Source: Takakia lepidozioides
Lineage: Eukaryota > Plantae > Bryophyta
Assembly: GCA_030704615.1 (NCBI GenBank)
Contig: CM060732.1
Coordinates: 25,420,001-25,484,000, forward strand
DNA length: 64,000 nucleotides
Direction: 5' to 3'
Each line of letters starts with the position of its first letter. Position 1 is the first letter of the stretch. The notes under the pieces were generated by a model that was not told where the DNA came from, searched no databases, and saw nothing but the letters and a program-made list of their open reading frames with translations. This document shows, piece after piece, positions 26,078 to 37,949 of this stretch. A program made the translations under genes and the position numbers.

Positions 26078-27661
26078 ATGGCGAAGCAAAGAGGACTGTG
26101 CGTGCTAATGTTGCTGAGTATCAGCTGGGCACTTCAGGTATCTGGAGACTCATGGCAGACCGTGGTTCAAAACTCAGGGGTGTCTGCCATGCACATGATG
26201 GTGACGCACACCAACAGAGTCATAATCTTCGATAGAACTGACTACGGCCCATCTCAAATCAAACTTGCCGGGGGAAAATGCCGAAATGACAACAAGGACA
26301 TGGCACTCAAAACTGATTGCTGGGCTCATTCCGTCGAAGTGGATCTTGCTACGAATGGAATTCGCCCTCTTGAAGTCCTGAGTGATACCTGGTGTTCTTC
26401 TGGTGCATTCGTGGCTGATGGATCACTGCTCCAGACAGGTGGTTGGAACGATGGAGCCAATGTGATGCGAACGCTCGGAACGGGCGCGTATGATGATTGG
26501 GTTGAACACCCTGGAGCGCTTTCTGCAGCTCGCTGGTACTCGTCTAATTTGATATTGCCTGATGGCCAAGTCATCGTTGTCGGAGGTCGGCGCCAATTCA
26601 ACTATGAGTTTGTACCTACTGGGGGCGGCCTGCATAACCTTCCCTTTCTGCAGCAAACTTCAGATGCCTCCGAGAACAACCTGTACCCCTTTCTACATCT
26701 CTCATCGGATGGAAACATTTTCGTCTTTGCCAACAAAGATTCCATTTTGCTCAACTACCGGACTGGCGCGGTGGTGAAAACCTTTCCAGCTTTGGCGGGA
26801 GGTCCTCGGAACTACCCATCATCGGGGTCCTCAGTCATACTTCCGCTGTATGCTGCCGACAACTTTCAGACAGTGGAAGTTATGATATGTGGTGGGTCAA
26901 GTGATGGGGCTTTCACGGACGGGCACAATGGCAATTTCTTGGGTGCGTTGCAGACGTGTGGGCGCATGGTGATCACCTCCGCTAACCCGCAATGGACCAT
27001 CGAAGAGATGCCCAGTGCACGAGTTATGGGGGATATGGTTCTTTTGCCCACAGGTGAGGTTCTCATCATCAATGGAGCGCAGGAAGGGACGGCAGGCTGG
27101 GGGTTGTCTCGCTCCCCGAATCTTGGACCTGTGCTCTACAACCCTGGATCCGGCCGCTTTACAACAATGACATCTTCCGGCATCCCCAGGCTATACCATT
27201 CCACTGCAATCCTCTTGCCAGAAGGAAGAATTCTGGTGGGTGGTAGCAACCCCAATGTGGGATACGCATTCTCAGGTGTTCTCTACCCAACAGAGCTCCG
27301 CCTTGAAAAGTATAGTCCTTATTATTTGGCTGCCGGCTACAATTTCGAACGGCCCGACATCACATACATCTCCAATTTGGTGGTTGCGCACGGAACCACT
27401 TTCACTGTGACCTTCAGTCTTAACTCTGCTCCCAAAAATGTCGCATTCAATCTGTATGCACCGCCCTTCACCACACACACCTTCTCCATGAACCAACGCC
27501 TGCTCTTTCTTGCAGCAGGGGCAACCACAGCCGTGGGTGCCCGCTACGTCGCTACTGTAACTGCCCCTCCTACGACAACTGTCGCCCCATCAGGATACTA
27601 CATGTTCGCAGTCGTGAACAACGGTATTCCAAGCCCTGCCGCCTGGATAAAGCTAGCTTGA
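26078..27661 (+). CDS. GLOX: Glyoxal/aldehyde oxidase (GLOX-like, CAZy AA5_1 copper radical oxidase), secreted, intronless CDS
   Basis: AACAATGGC start context; hydrophobic signal peptide; GVSAMHM, IFDRTDYG, DTWCSSG (Cys), RNYPSSGS (Tyr), RLYHS (Tyr, His), THTFSMNQR (His); C-terminal APSGYYMF Ig-like domain; 527 aa uninterrupted. Confidence 0.96.
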   Translation: MAKQRGLCVLMLLSISWALQVSGDSWQTVVQNSGVSAMHMMVTHTNRVIIFDRTDYGPSQIKLAGGKCRNDNKDMALKTDCWAHSVEVDLATNGIRPLEVLSDTWCSSGAFVADGSLLQTGGWNDGANVMRTLGTGAYDDWVEHPGALSAARWYSSNLILPDGQVIVVGGRRQFNYEFVPTGGGLHNLPFLQQTSDASENNLYPFLHLSSDGNIFVFANKDSILLNYRTGAVVKTFPALAGGPRNYPSSGSSVILPLYAADNFQTVEVMICGGSSDGAFTDGHNGNFLGALQTCGRMVITSANPQWTIEEMPSARVMGDMVLLPTGEVLIINGAQEGTAGWGLSRSPNLGPVLYNPGSGRFTTMTSSGIPRLYHSTAILLPEGRILVGGSNPNVGYAFSGVLYPTELRLEKYSPYYLAAGYNFERPDITYISNLVVAHGTTFTVTFSLNSAPKNVAFNLYAPPFTTHTFSMNQRLLFLAAGATTAVGARYVATVTAPPTTTVAPSGYYMFAVVNNGIPSPAAWIKLA

Positions 27662-30309
27662 CGAACTGGAATAATTACGAACATGTACAGTGAGTTGCGC
27701 GTATGATTGTGGACTTGCAATAACTGGGTTGTGTCAAGAAGGACAGTGTGATGCTCCCACTACTTGCACCAGGTACAGAGTTCTTAAGCTTGCTCGCTTC
27801 TCCAGCCGGCTTTTAGACATGTATATTGGGTCCGATATTCAGATATCTGAGGCAGAAAATATAGATCCCAGGTGAGAAGTCAGATTAGCAATGTCAGCGT
27901 ATGTAGTCTTTCCAAGTTTTATACGATCCTTTCGATCTGGTAATCTCATACGTACATGTACTTTAGAAGGGCAATCGCACATTTGCGAACCTGTGCATAC
28001 AATCAATAACATCACGTCTAAAGTGCAATCTGGACGGCTTTCCAAGATCACAGATATCCTGCTTGGTTTGATGGGGTTATGTAATTCGTGCTACAGTAAT
28101 AAATGAATATATCACCTGCAGGCTCACTTTCGAGCATTTCTCTCTCGGCCGATATTATAGGATTGAAGAGCTTTCTGGTCCCCTTCTCCCTTGCAGTTGG
28201 GTCTTTCAGCATTTGAACAACATGATGCAAGGTTTGTTTTTGGTCGTGTTTCCATCAAATCCATGTCTCCGGAAACTCTTCAGACTGCATTGCAGCTCGA
28301 GGTTGAGCGTTTCTTCCAAGGCAATTGAGCCAGGTTTTCTGAAAATCTGAAATGAACCTCATTTCCAAATTAAATTTGAAGCCCAGATTTCACAAGCTGA
28401 CCAGTTGCCTTCCTTTCGAAATCCTCCAGATGTCGCTAAAGAGTTGGTACATTGTTACAGACTAAACTGCTGGGAGACTTGTGGGACTCGGCTCGAATTC
28501 TGATTCGCAAGTTTAGAATTGAGCACTAGAAAACAGATTCAACGTTGCGTGTGGGTTCTTCCGTAGGTTGAACTTCCTTTTCAAACAGAGGGCCTAACTG
28601 TATGGTCTAACTGCTAATGACAGCTCCCGCAGATCTATGAATGGATGTCTAAGCTTCATGTCAAAGTTGCGGGCTCACTTAGGACTGACCCTGAGACATT
28701 TTCTGGAAGGGATTTCTAGTTTAATGGACACGGAGTCATGCTGAGCCACATCAGACTGAAGTTTCCAACTCTTGCGCGATGCGAACGCGACCGATACTTA
28801 TTTCCCAAAGGTCTTCCCTTTTTCAGGCCTGAGGTCTAACCTGACCATTTCTGTTCACAACTGCCAAGGATCGAATCCGGTTTCATAACTCACATGCACA
28901 AAATCATTTTAAAAATTTCCAAATATCGACAGTACATATTTAACGGCTACTGACGCTCCGAGGCTCTTCCCCCCCAGGAAACAGATCGATTTAGAAAACC
29001 GCAGCTACATATGTTCCAGCTTAGGCCATCAGTGTAGGAACTTTGTTCCCGGCCTTCAAAGTATTATAGCCTCTGCATGGGCCCCACTGGACAAAGAACG
29101 ACGAGTAGGCACCCCTGCAGGAACAGTACACATCCGCAGACCACACGCGTCCTGCAGAAACAGTACACAGACGAGGAAGTCAGACCTGAGGTACGCGTTG
29201 GATGCTGTAGAGCAAGTCTGCATGTGAGCTTGCTACATGAATGCAATAATCAATGTTCGTGCTGAGAGTGTGCAGACTGAGCCTGCTTGGGATTCTCAAC
29301 ATCTTGTCCCCGACCAAGTCAAGGCTGCTTTTTTATATGTCTTCCACTGCTGCTCTTTTTGCTTTCTTATTTTACTGCACGAGTCTGCAGTGTGCACCCA
29401 TAGAAAACGTGACACCCTCATAAATCCAAGACAGCAGAGGATCTGGGACAATGTTAGTACTGCTAATGGCTGTGTTTCGGTTCTTTATCTAGTTATCCAG
29501 TTGCAATTTAGAGAGGGGGTGCGAGTCTCGAGAGTATCCCGACCAGATTTTGAAGCTGCAGTGGAGTTCATGTTACGTAGCTCGTGTTCTTAATTAGGCG
29601 CCCAAGACTTGTGGCCCCAAATTGAGAATATTCCCTCATCTATTACTTCTTCTAGGTTCTTTCTAAATAAGTATCCATATCATTCATCAATGATGGATCT
29701 ACTACCTACACTGGATTCCGCTGGAACTCTAAATGCTACTAATGGATCTTCTAGGATCTTCTTCCTACAAAAATGCACAGGCAATAAATTCATGAAGACC
29801 TATAGGCAGCTTGTGAATTTGCATAACAGATGTATTTTGTTTTTTGGTAAAATACTGCATTTATTCCAAAATTATGGGGAAAAAAATAAAACCCCCTTTT
29901 TGCACCATGAGGGCTACGCACTGTAGTCAGTGAGTGATCAAATACCTGCCGCTAAAGTGCAGCAGTGCGCTCAGAGAGAGAGGACCTCTCGAAACAACCT
30001 AGCCCTGTCCGAGAGACTTCCAAAAAATGTCTAAGCCTGCAGCTGAGATTACCGAGGAGCTAATCTACAGCTATGCTTTAACGGAAATTTAGCCTGGAAG
30101 TAGTGGCGGGGTACTTGACGTGTTTCCAGTTCACGTCTCCCTCAAATTCCGGCGAGTCCGTGGAGTGGAGCTATGAGGTCTCTCCAATGCTGAGGGGGGA
30201 GAGCGTTCCAAACACAGTGATCCTGCTCGTCGCTTTGACAAATGATGCCATGGCAGGCCCACGTCACTCTGAATGTGGCATGGATTGCTGGCGCCTGCAT
30301 GGGGTCCTG

Positions 30310-32818
30310 TGACAATCTGCAACACATTTTGCCCAAGCTTTTTTCAACTCCGTTAAAAGGTCTTTGTACACCATCACCAACAAAGCGGAGGTACTGATTA
30401 TCTCCTTGCTAAAGGTCTTTTTACATCTAGCACGCCATAAGTGTCATAACGTAGATGCGCGAAGTGTCTCAAAGACCGGACATGGAAAGGATCGGGCCTT
30501 GGCTGTTTTGTTGTAATTAAGTAACAGGTCCAGAGGGCCAATGGCCGAGAGGCTCCAATGTCTGTAGAAGACCTTGATCAAGGGCCAGATTTTGGCTGGA
30601 GCTGTACAGGCAAGAAGGCAGTGCTCATGAGTTTCAATGATTCCCGAGGAGCAGCATCCACACAGTAAAGCCTACAACCATTCTCCCACTTTTAGGGCTC
30701 TGTTTGCTACTTGCCATAAAAACGCCGAGATCTTGGCAGGCCTAATTTTTAGCCAGATAGAAGACCAGATTGCTGACCAGTTCTCATTCAAGAATCCAAA
30801 ATGACTCCATTTGCTATTCCACTTTGTGGAGAGGGATGGCTGGATGTTAAGAGCCCTATATGCCTTCTTGGGGGGTGTAGGTAAGAAGGGGTGTTGCAGT
30901 GCGGCCAAAGACCCATTCCCATTCTTTGGGGTCCAGCTGGAGGTCCGCCAGAGGTCTTCCCAGGATCCACACAAATGTGGAGGCATTAACCCAGAACAGG
31001 TACGGTAAGAGGTGGTTGGGGATCAAACTCTTTCAACTTAGATGACCAATTGCATATTCTCACCGGGGTATGATTGAAACGAGGGAAGAGGGTTTGGGAT
31101 TGAAAAACCAAGATCAAAACTAGAGTTTCAGGGTTGATATGGAAAGTGAACCCTGAGAAGTGGGTGTTTGTGGCATAAATCACCAATAGGATGGTGAGTC
31201 TGACGTCGCTTATGACTCCCAATGTCCAGAAGTTCGTGGAGGGGGTCATAGGTCCCGCCTGCAGAGACACGGTCCAGGTTTGAGGTATAGAATTTATGAC
31301 CGTCTGAAGCCCCGCCTTGGCTCTGATTGACCCCAGTATAGGGCTGATTGTGTCAATATGCAGGAAGCTTGCAGGCGACCACATGTGTTTTAGTTGACTG
31401 ATGCCCCTGTTGTCCCAGGCAGACCACTTTTTTGCCAGCGATTTTTCAGTTGGTGTGGGCGCGTTGGTGTTCAAAAATAGGTGCTAGCGGAGGGTTTCCT
31501 CGTAAGATTCTGGATTTTTTTTGCGGAGAAATGGTCTCAGTGCAACCCAAGCTTTCCAGACATAGGGACGATCCCACCATTTTGTGCTTGAATCCCTGTG
31601 TGATCCAGCGAATGGAGGGGTGCCATTTAGAGGTCTTAAGGGGGCTCGCCATCATCAGATTTTCTACCACCAAAAACTTCCACCAGCCTCCTTCTGGGCC
31701 TAAGAATCTTGGCAACCACTTCCCGAGGAGGGCTGTGATTTGGGTCTCCGGGTCCAGAACCCCCAGTCCTCCCAGTTTTTTTGGCTGGCAGATCTGTCTC
31801 CAGGAGACCTGTGGCCTGACCTTTTGGCCTGCTTTGTTAGCTCCCCATACAAAATTTCGCAATAAAGCATTGTATTCACAGATTTGCCTTTTGGAAGGGC
31901 GCCAGGATGCTGCATAGAACCATAGGCCAGCTGAGAGAATCTGGTTGGCCACAAGTGCCCGGCCTGTGATTGAGAGGAACTTAGAGCCCCAAAAAGTGAG
32001 GTTTACTTTGATCTTGGATAGAATGGGTGCAAATCGTTGCTCATCAGTGATATCAAGCCCATAGGTGTACCCTAGCAACGTTGCCGTTTGACCAGGTTGC
32101 AGCCATGAGAGGCCCAAGGCCTGGCCCCAAGAGGACACACGCCCCAGAAGGGATTTGGATGTGTCTCCAGCGAGGATGGCACAAGTTTTGTTCCAGTTGA
32201 CCTTGAAACCAGAGGCTTCATAGAAGGCCTCCAAAGTTGCTGCAGTTCTGTCCAGGTTGGTTTGGCTTGCTTGAAGCATAAGGAAAGTGTCATCTACATA
32301 TATGGATTCCCTGATGTAGGCAGGCTGGTTTGTTATGTAGTTAGTGATTCTAAGACCCAGAATCTGCCTGTCTGCTTGTAGCATGTATCCAAGCGTGTCG
32401 GCGGCAATAATGAAGAGGAAAGGTGCCAGCGGCCAACCTTAACGGATAGATCGATACAGGTTGAATGGCTTTGATACTGAACCATTGATGATTACCCTGC
32501 TGGTTGACCCATTCAGCAAAATGCGCACCCATTGACAAAAGGAGGGAGGCAAACCAATCTTGGCCAGGGTGCCCATCAGGAAATGCCATTCTACTCTGTC
32601 AAACGCTTTCTCGAAGTCTAGAAGGATTAGGGCAATAGCCTGCTGGGTTTGAAGGGCGTACTGGGGAAGCTCTTGTGCAAGAAGAAGGTTATCCATGATG
32701 TATCTCCCCTTAATAAAGCCCGATTGGCTAGGTCTAATGATTGAAGGAAGAAGAGGCTGAAGACGTAGAGCCAAGCTTTTGGCTATAATCTTATATGCAA
32801 CATTGAGGAGAGTTATGG
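30310..32818 (-). mobile_element. L1-type LINE copy A, ORF2 3' part (RT, zf-RVT)
   Basis: ITLLNVAYKIIAK, QSGFIKGR, LDFEKAFDRVEW, IYVDDT, PKKLGGLG, KISAFLWQVANRALKVG and a CCHC remnant at ~30620-30670. No 3' tail seen. Confidence 0.92.
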
Positions 32819-33420
32819 TGTAGTGAGAAAAGAGGGCCCCCATAGAAACCCAGACATTCAATATTAGCATTCAGAGTTGCCCACCAAGATTCCTTTCCCC
32901 TCCATGCCTACAAACAATATAGCGTGTAAGAAGGGAAAGATGTTTTATAAGCGACCTTGGGAGTTTAGACATACTGTCTTCATAAAGCCGATTCTATCCT
33001 ACATTGGCCCTTAGATCTCTCTCAGACGCAGATCATCCTCTGCTATTCTAATCGAGCACTCCAGGCATAAAAGCCCGCTGCAGTTTCTGGATCTGCCATC
33101 ATTCCCATATCACAAACGCTGCTCACGAGATTGCATGGACTCCCTACATGACAAATATTATGCATAAAGACTCATTGCTGCTCCACAGATTTTACAAGCC
33201 GTATCAAAGACGTTGCTTGATTCGCAGCAGAAGCTCTTAATCACAAACCACTTTTTGAAGCACATGTCTCCACGAGCTATGCTGTTATGAAAGTAGGGCA
33301 GATGAAGGATATTAACTATATCATCAGAGCTGCACCAAAATCATTCAGTGCTACATTAACACAATGTCACAATATGTAGGAAAATTTGCAACACATGAGA
33401 GGCCATATCTTCCCACTACA
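32819..33420. mobile_element. 602-bp TGT...ACA insertion with 4-bp TSD (Ginger-like MITE or solo LTR)
   Basis: TGTAGTGAGAAAAGAGGGCC versus reverse-complemented end TGTAGTGGGAAGATATGGCC. ATGG is duplicated at 32815-32818 and 33421-33424. Removing the insert restores LINE NYRPITLLN. Confidence 0.85.
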
Positions 33421-34689
33421 ATGGGCCTGTAGTTGCTTAAGTCCGTCCTGTCTCCCTTTTTGAAAATCAGGGAGATGACTCACTGTGACATGTTTCCCGG
33501 CATTTGGTTCGCATGGAAAATGTGGTTGGCCATGGCCCAAAAATCGAGCGAGATGTCAGGCCAAAACTTTTTGTAAAATTCCACTGGGACTCCATCCATC
33601 CCTGGACATTTCCATCTTTCAGCTTGGATAGGGCCAGTTCAAGCGCCTCTTCCGAGAGAGGCCCTTCCAGTGCCTCGGCCACAGCCGGGGCAATGAGAAG
33701 TGGGGAGTGAGCCAGGCAAGCATTGAGTGTGGCTATTGCTACAGGCCTGTCACTCTGAAAGAGAGTCTGAAGTGGCTGGCAGCGAATGTAGCCATGGGTT
33801 TGGGGTCTGTGAATGACTGGCCCGGGGCCCTATTAGCTAGTTCAGATATTGTCTGCCCTGCCTTTCTCAACCTAGTTTTTGCAAAGAAGTACTTGGACAT
33901 TTTTTCGCCCTTGGATGACCAGTTTACACCTGCTGACAGCTTAAGCTTTTGCTCTTACAGGTCTTGGAAGAATTGCAGATTTTGTTTTGCTTCCAGGTAG
34001 GTATCGAAAGTTTCTTGATCACAGCGGGGAGATTCCATTCTTCCTTGACAGACTGAGAGGCACTTGATGAGTGCCCTTACCCTCCTTTTTCTAGTGGCTA
34101 CAATATCTCTACTCATCTGTTGACTAGCTACCCCCACTGCTTTGAGCTTGGCCATGAACTTGTCTGATGGGTTTTGGGAGACAGTCCCAGCATGAGACCA
34201 AGCTGTCCGCAGGCCTTGTGTGAACTCTGGGATCTGTAGCAGAGAGGCATTCATTTTGTAAAGACCCTTGCCCCTTGGGCGAGTGTTTGGAATCTCCAAT
34301 GAAGCCTCGATGACGGCGTGATCAAAGCCAGGGTGGATGGGCTGTTGGGGCAACCTCCGGGACAATTGGATACAGTCCAAGGAGGCGTAAAATCTGTCCA
34401 ATCTAGCCATCTGGAGATCCATGAGAGCTCTGTTGTTTGACCAAATGAAGACTGGGCCAGAGGGGGGCATAGGCCCCCGGTTTGCCACTTCTATTTCCAC
34501 CAGATTGTGATTGAGGGTCCTCAGTGCTAGTGTTGTATCTCTACCACGTCTGGGTTAAACTGGCCAAGACCCCGCCTGTCTGTAGAAGACTCAACCATAC
34601 TGAAGTCCACTGCCAACACTCAGAAATCTATGTCCTGATCCAGATCCATATTGGTATTTATGGATTCCCAGAGCTGTGCCCTCTCTGCT
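33421..34689 (-). mobile_element. L1-type LINE copy A, ORF2 middle (end of APE endonuclease to start of RT)
   Basis: FIWSNNRALMDLQMARLDRFY, GFDHAVI, YKMNASLL; colinear with copy B at 62530-63790. Confidence 0.9.
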
Positions 34690-36866
34690 CACTACAGCAA
34701 ATGGGGGGGGGTTGCGACGCCAGCCGCGCCCCCACGCCCCGTGCGGCGCCGAGCGTGCGACGCCAACCCCGCGGAGCCTGTTTGCGACGTCGGGCCGTCG
34801 CAGCCAAACCCCGCGGGTTGCCACCTGGCGCCGGGGCCAGGCGACGACGCCTGGCCGTCGCACGGGTGGATGAAGGGCAGCAGGCAGCCCTTCCGTGCGA
34901 CGCCCAAGCGTAGCCCCCAGCGAAGGGCAGAAGGCAGCCCTTTCTGGCGACCGGTCGTCGCAAGCCGAAAAAAAAAACAGCCTTTTCTTGCCCTTTCTTT
35001 CATCACTGCCCTTTCTTGCGACGCCCGGCCGTCGCATGGTGGCATGAAGGGCAAAAGGCCTCTACGACGGCTGGGCGTCGCAAACAGCCCGGCTGCCCTA
35101 GTCTTTCAAAACAAAAAAATATGTCACAGTTTGCAACAGCTTGCCGTTGCCGATTGCGACCCCCGGCCTCATAAATCCATTCTTTCAAAACAAAAAAAAC
35201 AAGTCGCAGTTGGCGACGGTTTGTCGTCGCCGTTTGCGACCCCCGGCCTCATAAATCTTAAAAAACACGTCGCAGGTTGCGACACGTAGGGGTCGCAGGC
35301 AGCGACGGCATGGCTTTCTAGGTTTAGGTTTAGGGGTTCTTAGTTTTTTTTTTTTTCATATGGTACTGGGGTAGGGTGTTTGTTTTTCTTTATTGTTTAG
35401 CTTGTTGTTGTGGACCTTCTTGTAGATTGTGACATTCATTTTGATAATTCTCTTGATATCACATCTGTATATGTTGCTCCAACATATTCATTGCCTCTGC
35501 TTTTTTTCTTGAAAGACTACCAGCCACAGCCATATTTGATCAATCATAGAAATAAACTACAATATGCATGTACATGTACAATCAATCGAAGGGATGGGTC
35601 CAGTTTGGTGCGAGAATTGTTATGTAGCTTTGATTTTGTGTCTAATCAACTTGAACATCATCATCCGGAGCTTCTTCCTCATCAAGCTGCAAGTCTTCTT
35701 GGTCATCAGAGTCATCGTCATAAATGGTCCGGCCCTCAAAAGGCACCTCCGAATCATCCTCCACCTCGTTGTCAATGGTCGTGTCTTCGTCTCCTTCTCC
35801 AACATCCGTATCTTCTGGAGCTTCATCATATAGGGTCCAGGATGCATTGTCCGGGGCGTCATCATCCTCTTCTACCCCCTCTACCCAACCTCCATCATCA
35901 GCATCATTATGACTAGTCTCTCCGTCCACCGCAATTGCCTCACCCCATGGAGATCCGAGACCATGATAGATACGTCTTCTTCTTGGCTGAGCATGCATAA
36001 CCACCTTCCAATTCCCCCCTCTTGTTTTGTCATCGGAGAAGAAAACTTGCTCCATGTCTGAAGGCCGTGAAAAAGGCTCATCGGAGGGACGATGAGTAGG
36101 GTTGAGCCTATCTGTATTGACGCGCATGAAACCACAATCATCTTGCACTAGTGCTGCAGAGGGCCCCACAGAATGTGGCTGGAACCACCTTCCCTTGAAG
36201 AGAAGAGGCCGGTACCTTGTATACTGAAGTTGGAGTATGCTCTTAAGCTCTCCAATGTACTCAAGTTTGCTCATAGTAGGTTGTGTATCTCCCTTGCCCC
36301 ACACGAAGTCTTGCCAATATGTGGCACACAAGCCAGAATCAAAGGTTGATTTGCGCTTCATGTCAAGAGCACGAATGCGGAAATGACGACCGTGAACCCA
36401 AACCGTCGAGTATGAGGTCGCGAATTGAGAGGGGCCCCTTGCAATGTCTTGCACCAAATCTGAAACCACCTCTCCTTGAGCAACGGCGTCATAAACTGAA
36501 GTCCGAAGCCACTGTTGGAATGAATTTAGAGGCTGCAATTTCATGGGCAAATTTTGTGAATGAACATTCCGGCGGCCCGCTCCTCGTCGTGGGCGTTTAG
36601 TAACCGGCCTTGGATGGTTCCGCCTCCATGCAAGCGTCTCCTCCTCTCGTTGCTGAACAAGATTATTATATCTCGTCTCCCACTCATGTATGGATGGGGT
36701 GTTCTTCAGTATGAAGTCATGCGCTTGCTCAATCACCAAGGTCGGCAATTTTACCCTCTTCGAATTTTTGGGCAAAACGATGTCCTTGGTTCGTGCATCC
36801 TTTTCTTCCTTCCACATCCGAGGGGCTTCCTCATCCACCCTTGCCATGTACTCCGTGCAATAGAAC
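34690..36866 (-). mobile_element. CACTA/EnSpm transposon, one end plus 3' part of transposase
   Basis: CACTACAGCAAAT terminus lies exactly at the LINE break, with dense GCGACG/CGTCGC subterminal repeats at 34710-35310 and a TnpD-like ORF. Confidence 0.88.
35642..36865 (-). pseudogene. CACTA transposase C-terminal part (DUF4218 end / DUF4216), 5'-truncated by hAT insertion
   Basis: FYCTEYM..., YIGELKSILQLQY..LLFKGRWF, DCGFMRVN, DEPFSRPSDMEQVFFSDDK..WKVV and an acidic tail. Confidence 0.85.
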
Positions 36867-37069
36867 CCCGGTTATTAGCGTCACGTCCGTCCGTCAGCGT
36901 CAGGTCACGTCATACCTGACGCCGACGGGACCTCCGTCACGTCAGGTTCAGGAAATATTCTGGTAAAAATAGTACCAGGTAAAATACTGCCACATAAGCA
37001 GCCGCGTCGCTGACACGGTGGCGGTGGCAAATACATTGGCGGTTGCTTCAATTTTTATTTTCTTAAAGC

Positions 37070-37545
37070 AAGATTGGCAGTCGCACTGGCGGTCGTTTTT
37101 TTTTTAAAATTAAAAAAAGAAATAGCGACCGCTATCTTGGCGGTCGCTTCAATTTATTTAAAAAAAAAACAAAGATTGGCGGTCGCCTAATTTAAAAAAG
37201 AAAACAAGCGACTGTCGTATTGGCGGTTGCACAATTTTGTAAATATGTACAGAACAAGCGACCGCCATAAAATATAAAGATTAAAAGCGACCGCCTTACT
37301 GGTGGTCGCGTTTTTTCTTAATATTAATAATAAAAGCAACCACCATATTGGCGGTCGTTTTATTTTAAATATATTAACAAATGAAGCGACCGCCATACGG
37401 GCGGTCGCTTAAATTTAAAAATATACAAAATAGAAGTGACCGCAATATTGCACAAAATGAAAGGAAATAAAAGCGATCGCAGTAGTGGCGGTCGCTTGTT
37501 TTTCATTAAAAAAAAAAATAGACTGTAGTATTAGCGGTCGCTTAA
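37070..37545. repeat. Degenerate GCGACCGCC..GGCGGTCGC hairpin array upstream of the hAT transposase
   Basis: About 9 palindromic units separated by A/T-rich linkers. Confidence 0.85.
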
Positions 37546-37949
37546 TTTCAAAATTACGACAAATATGGTTGTACAGCCTTTTTCGGGTGGGCGCTATTGG
37601 TTTGTCATTTATTCATTTCACTTTTATTTCACTGTCATCCATCTTGGATCATATATAAGGGAGGAGGGTCACCAAGCTCCTCACTTCTTTTGGCGCAAAC
37701 ACTTGAGGTTGTTTTGGATGTTCTCTTCCATTGAACGAGAGTGTAGACCAAGAGGAGGGTGCGCACCTTTTGCCGTTGTGGCTTCCACCAAAGCCACTTC
37801 AGCAGATTGTGTATAAGCTCAACACTACAACCCACATCGACCCACTTGGGTTGCTGACAGGTGTAGAAGTGTTGGGCTATCGCATTGCACTCTACATTCA
37901 TAACATGTTCATTTATAGGTGACTGTTTTTTGTTGCTTGCATCGCTAGG

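Noticed and set aside
28048-30312. Short exon-like ORFs downstream of GLOX
   Set aside because: No recognisable domain or consistent splice chain.
34524-35289. Overlapping Arg/Pro/Ala-rich ORFs
   Set aside because: They lie in GC-rich CACTA subterminal repeats.
35316-35340. TTTAGG telomere-like tract
   Set aside because: Only two or three degenerate units inside the CACTA end.
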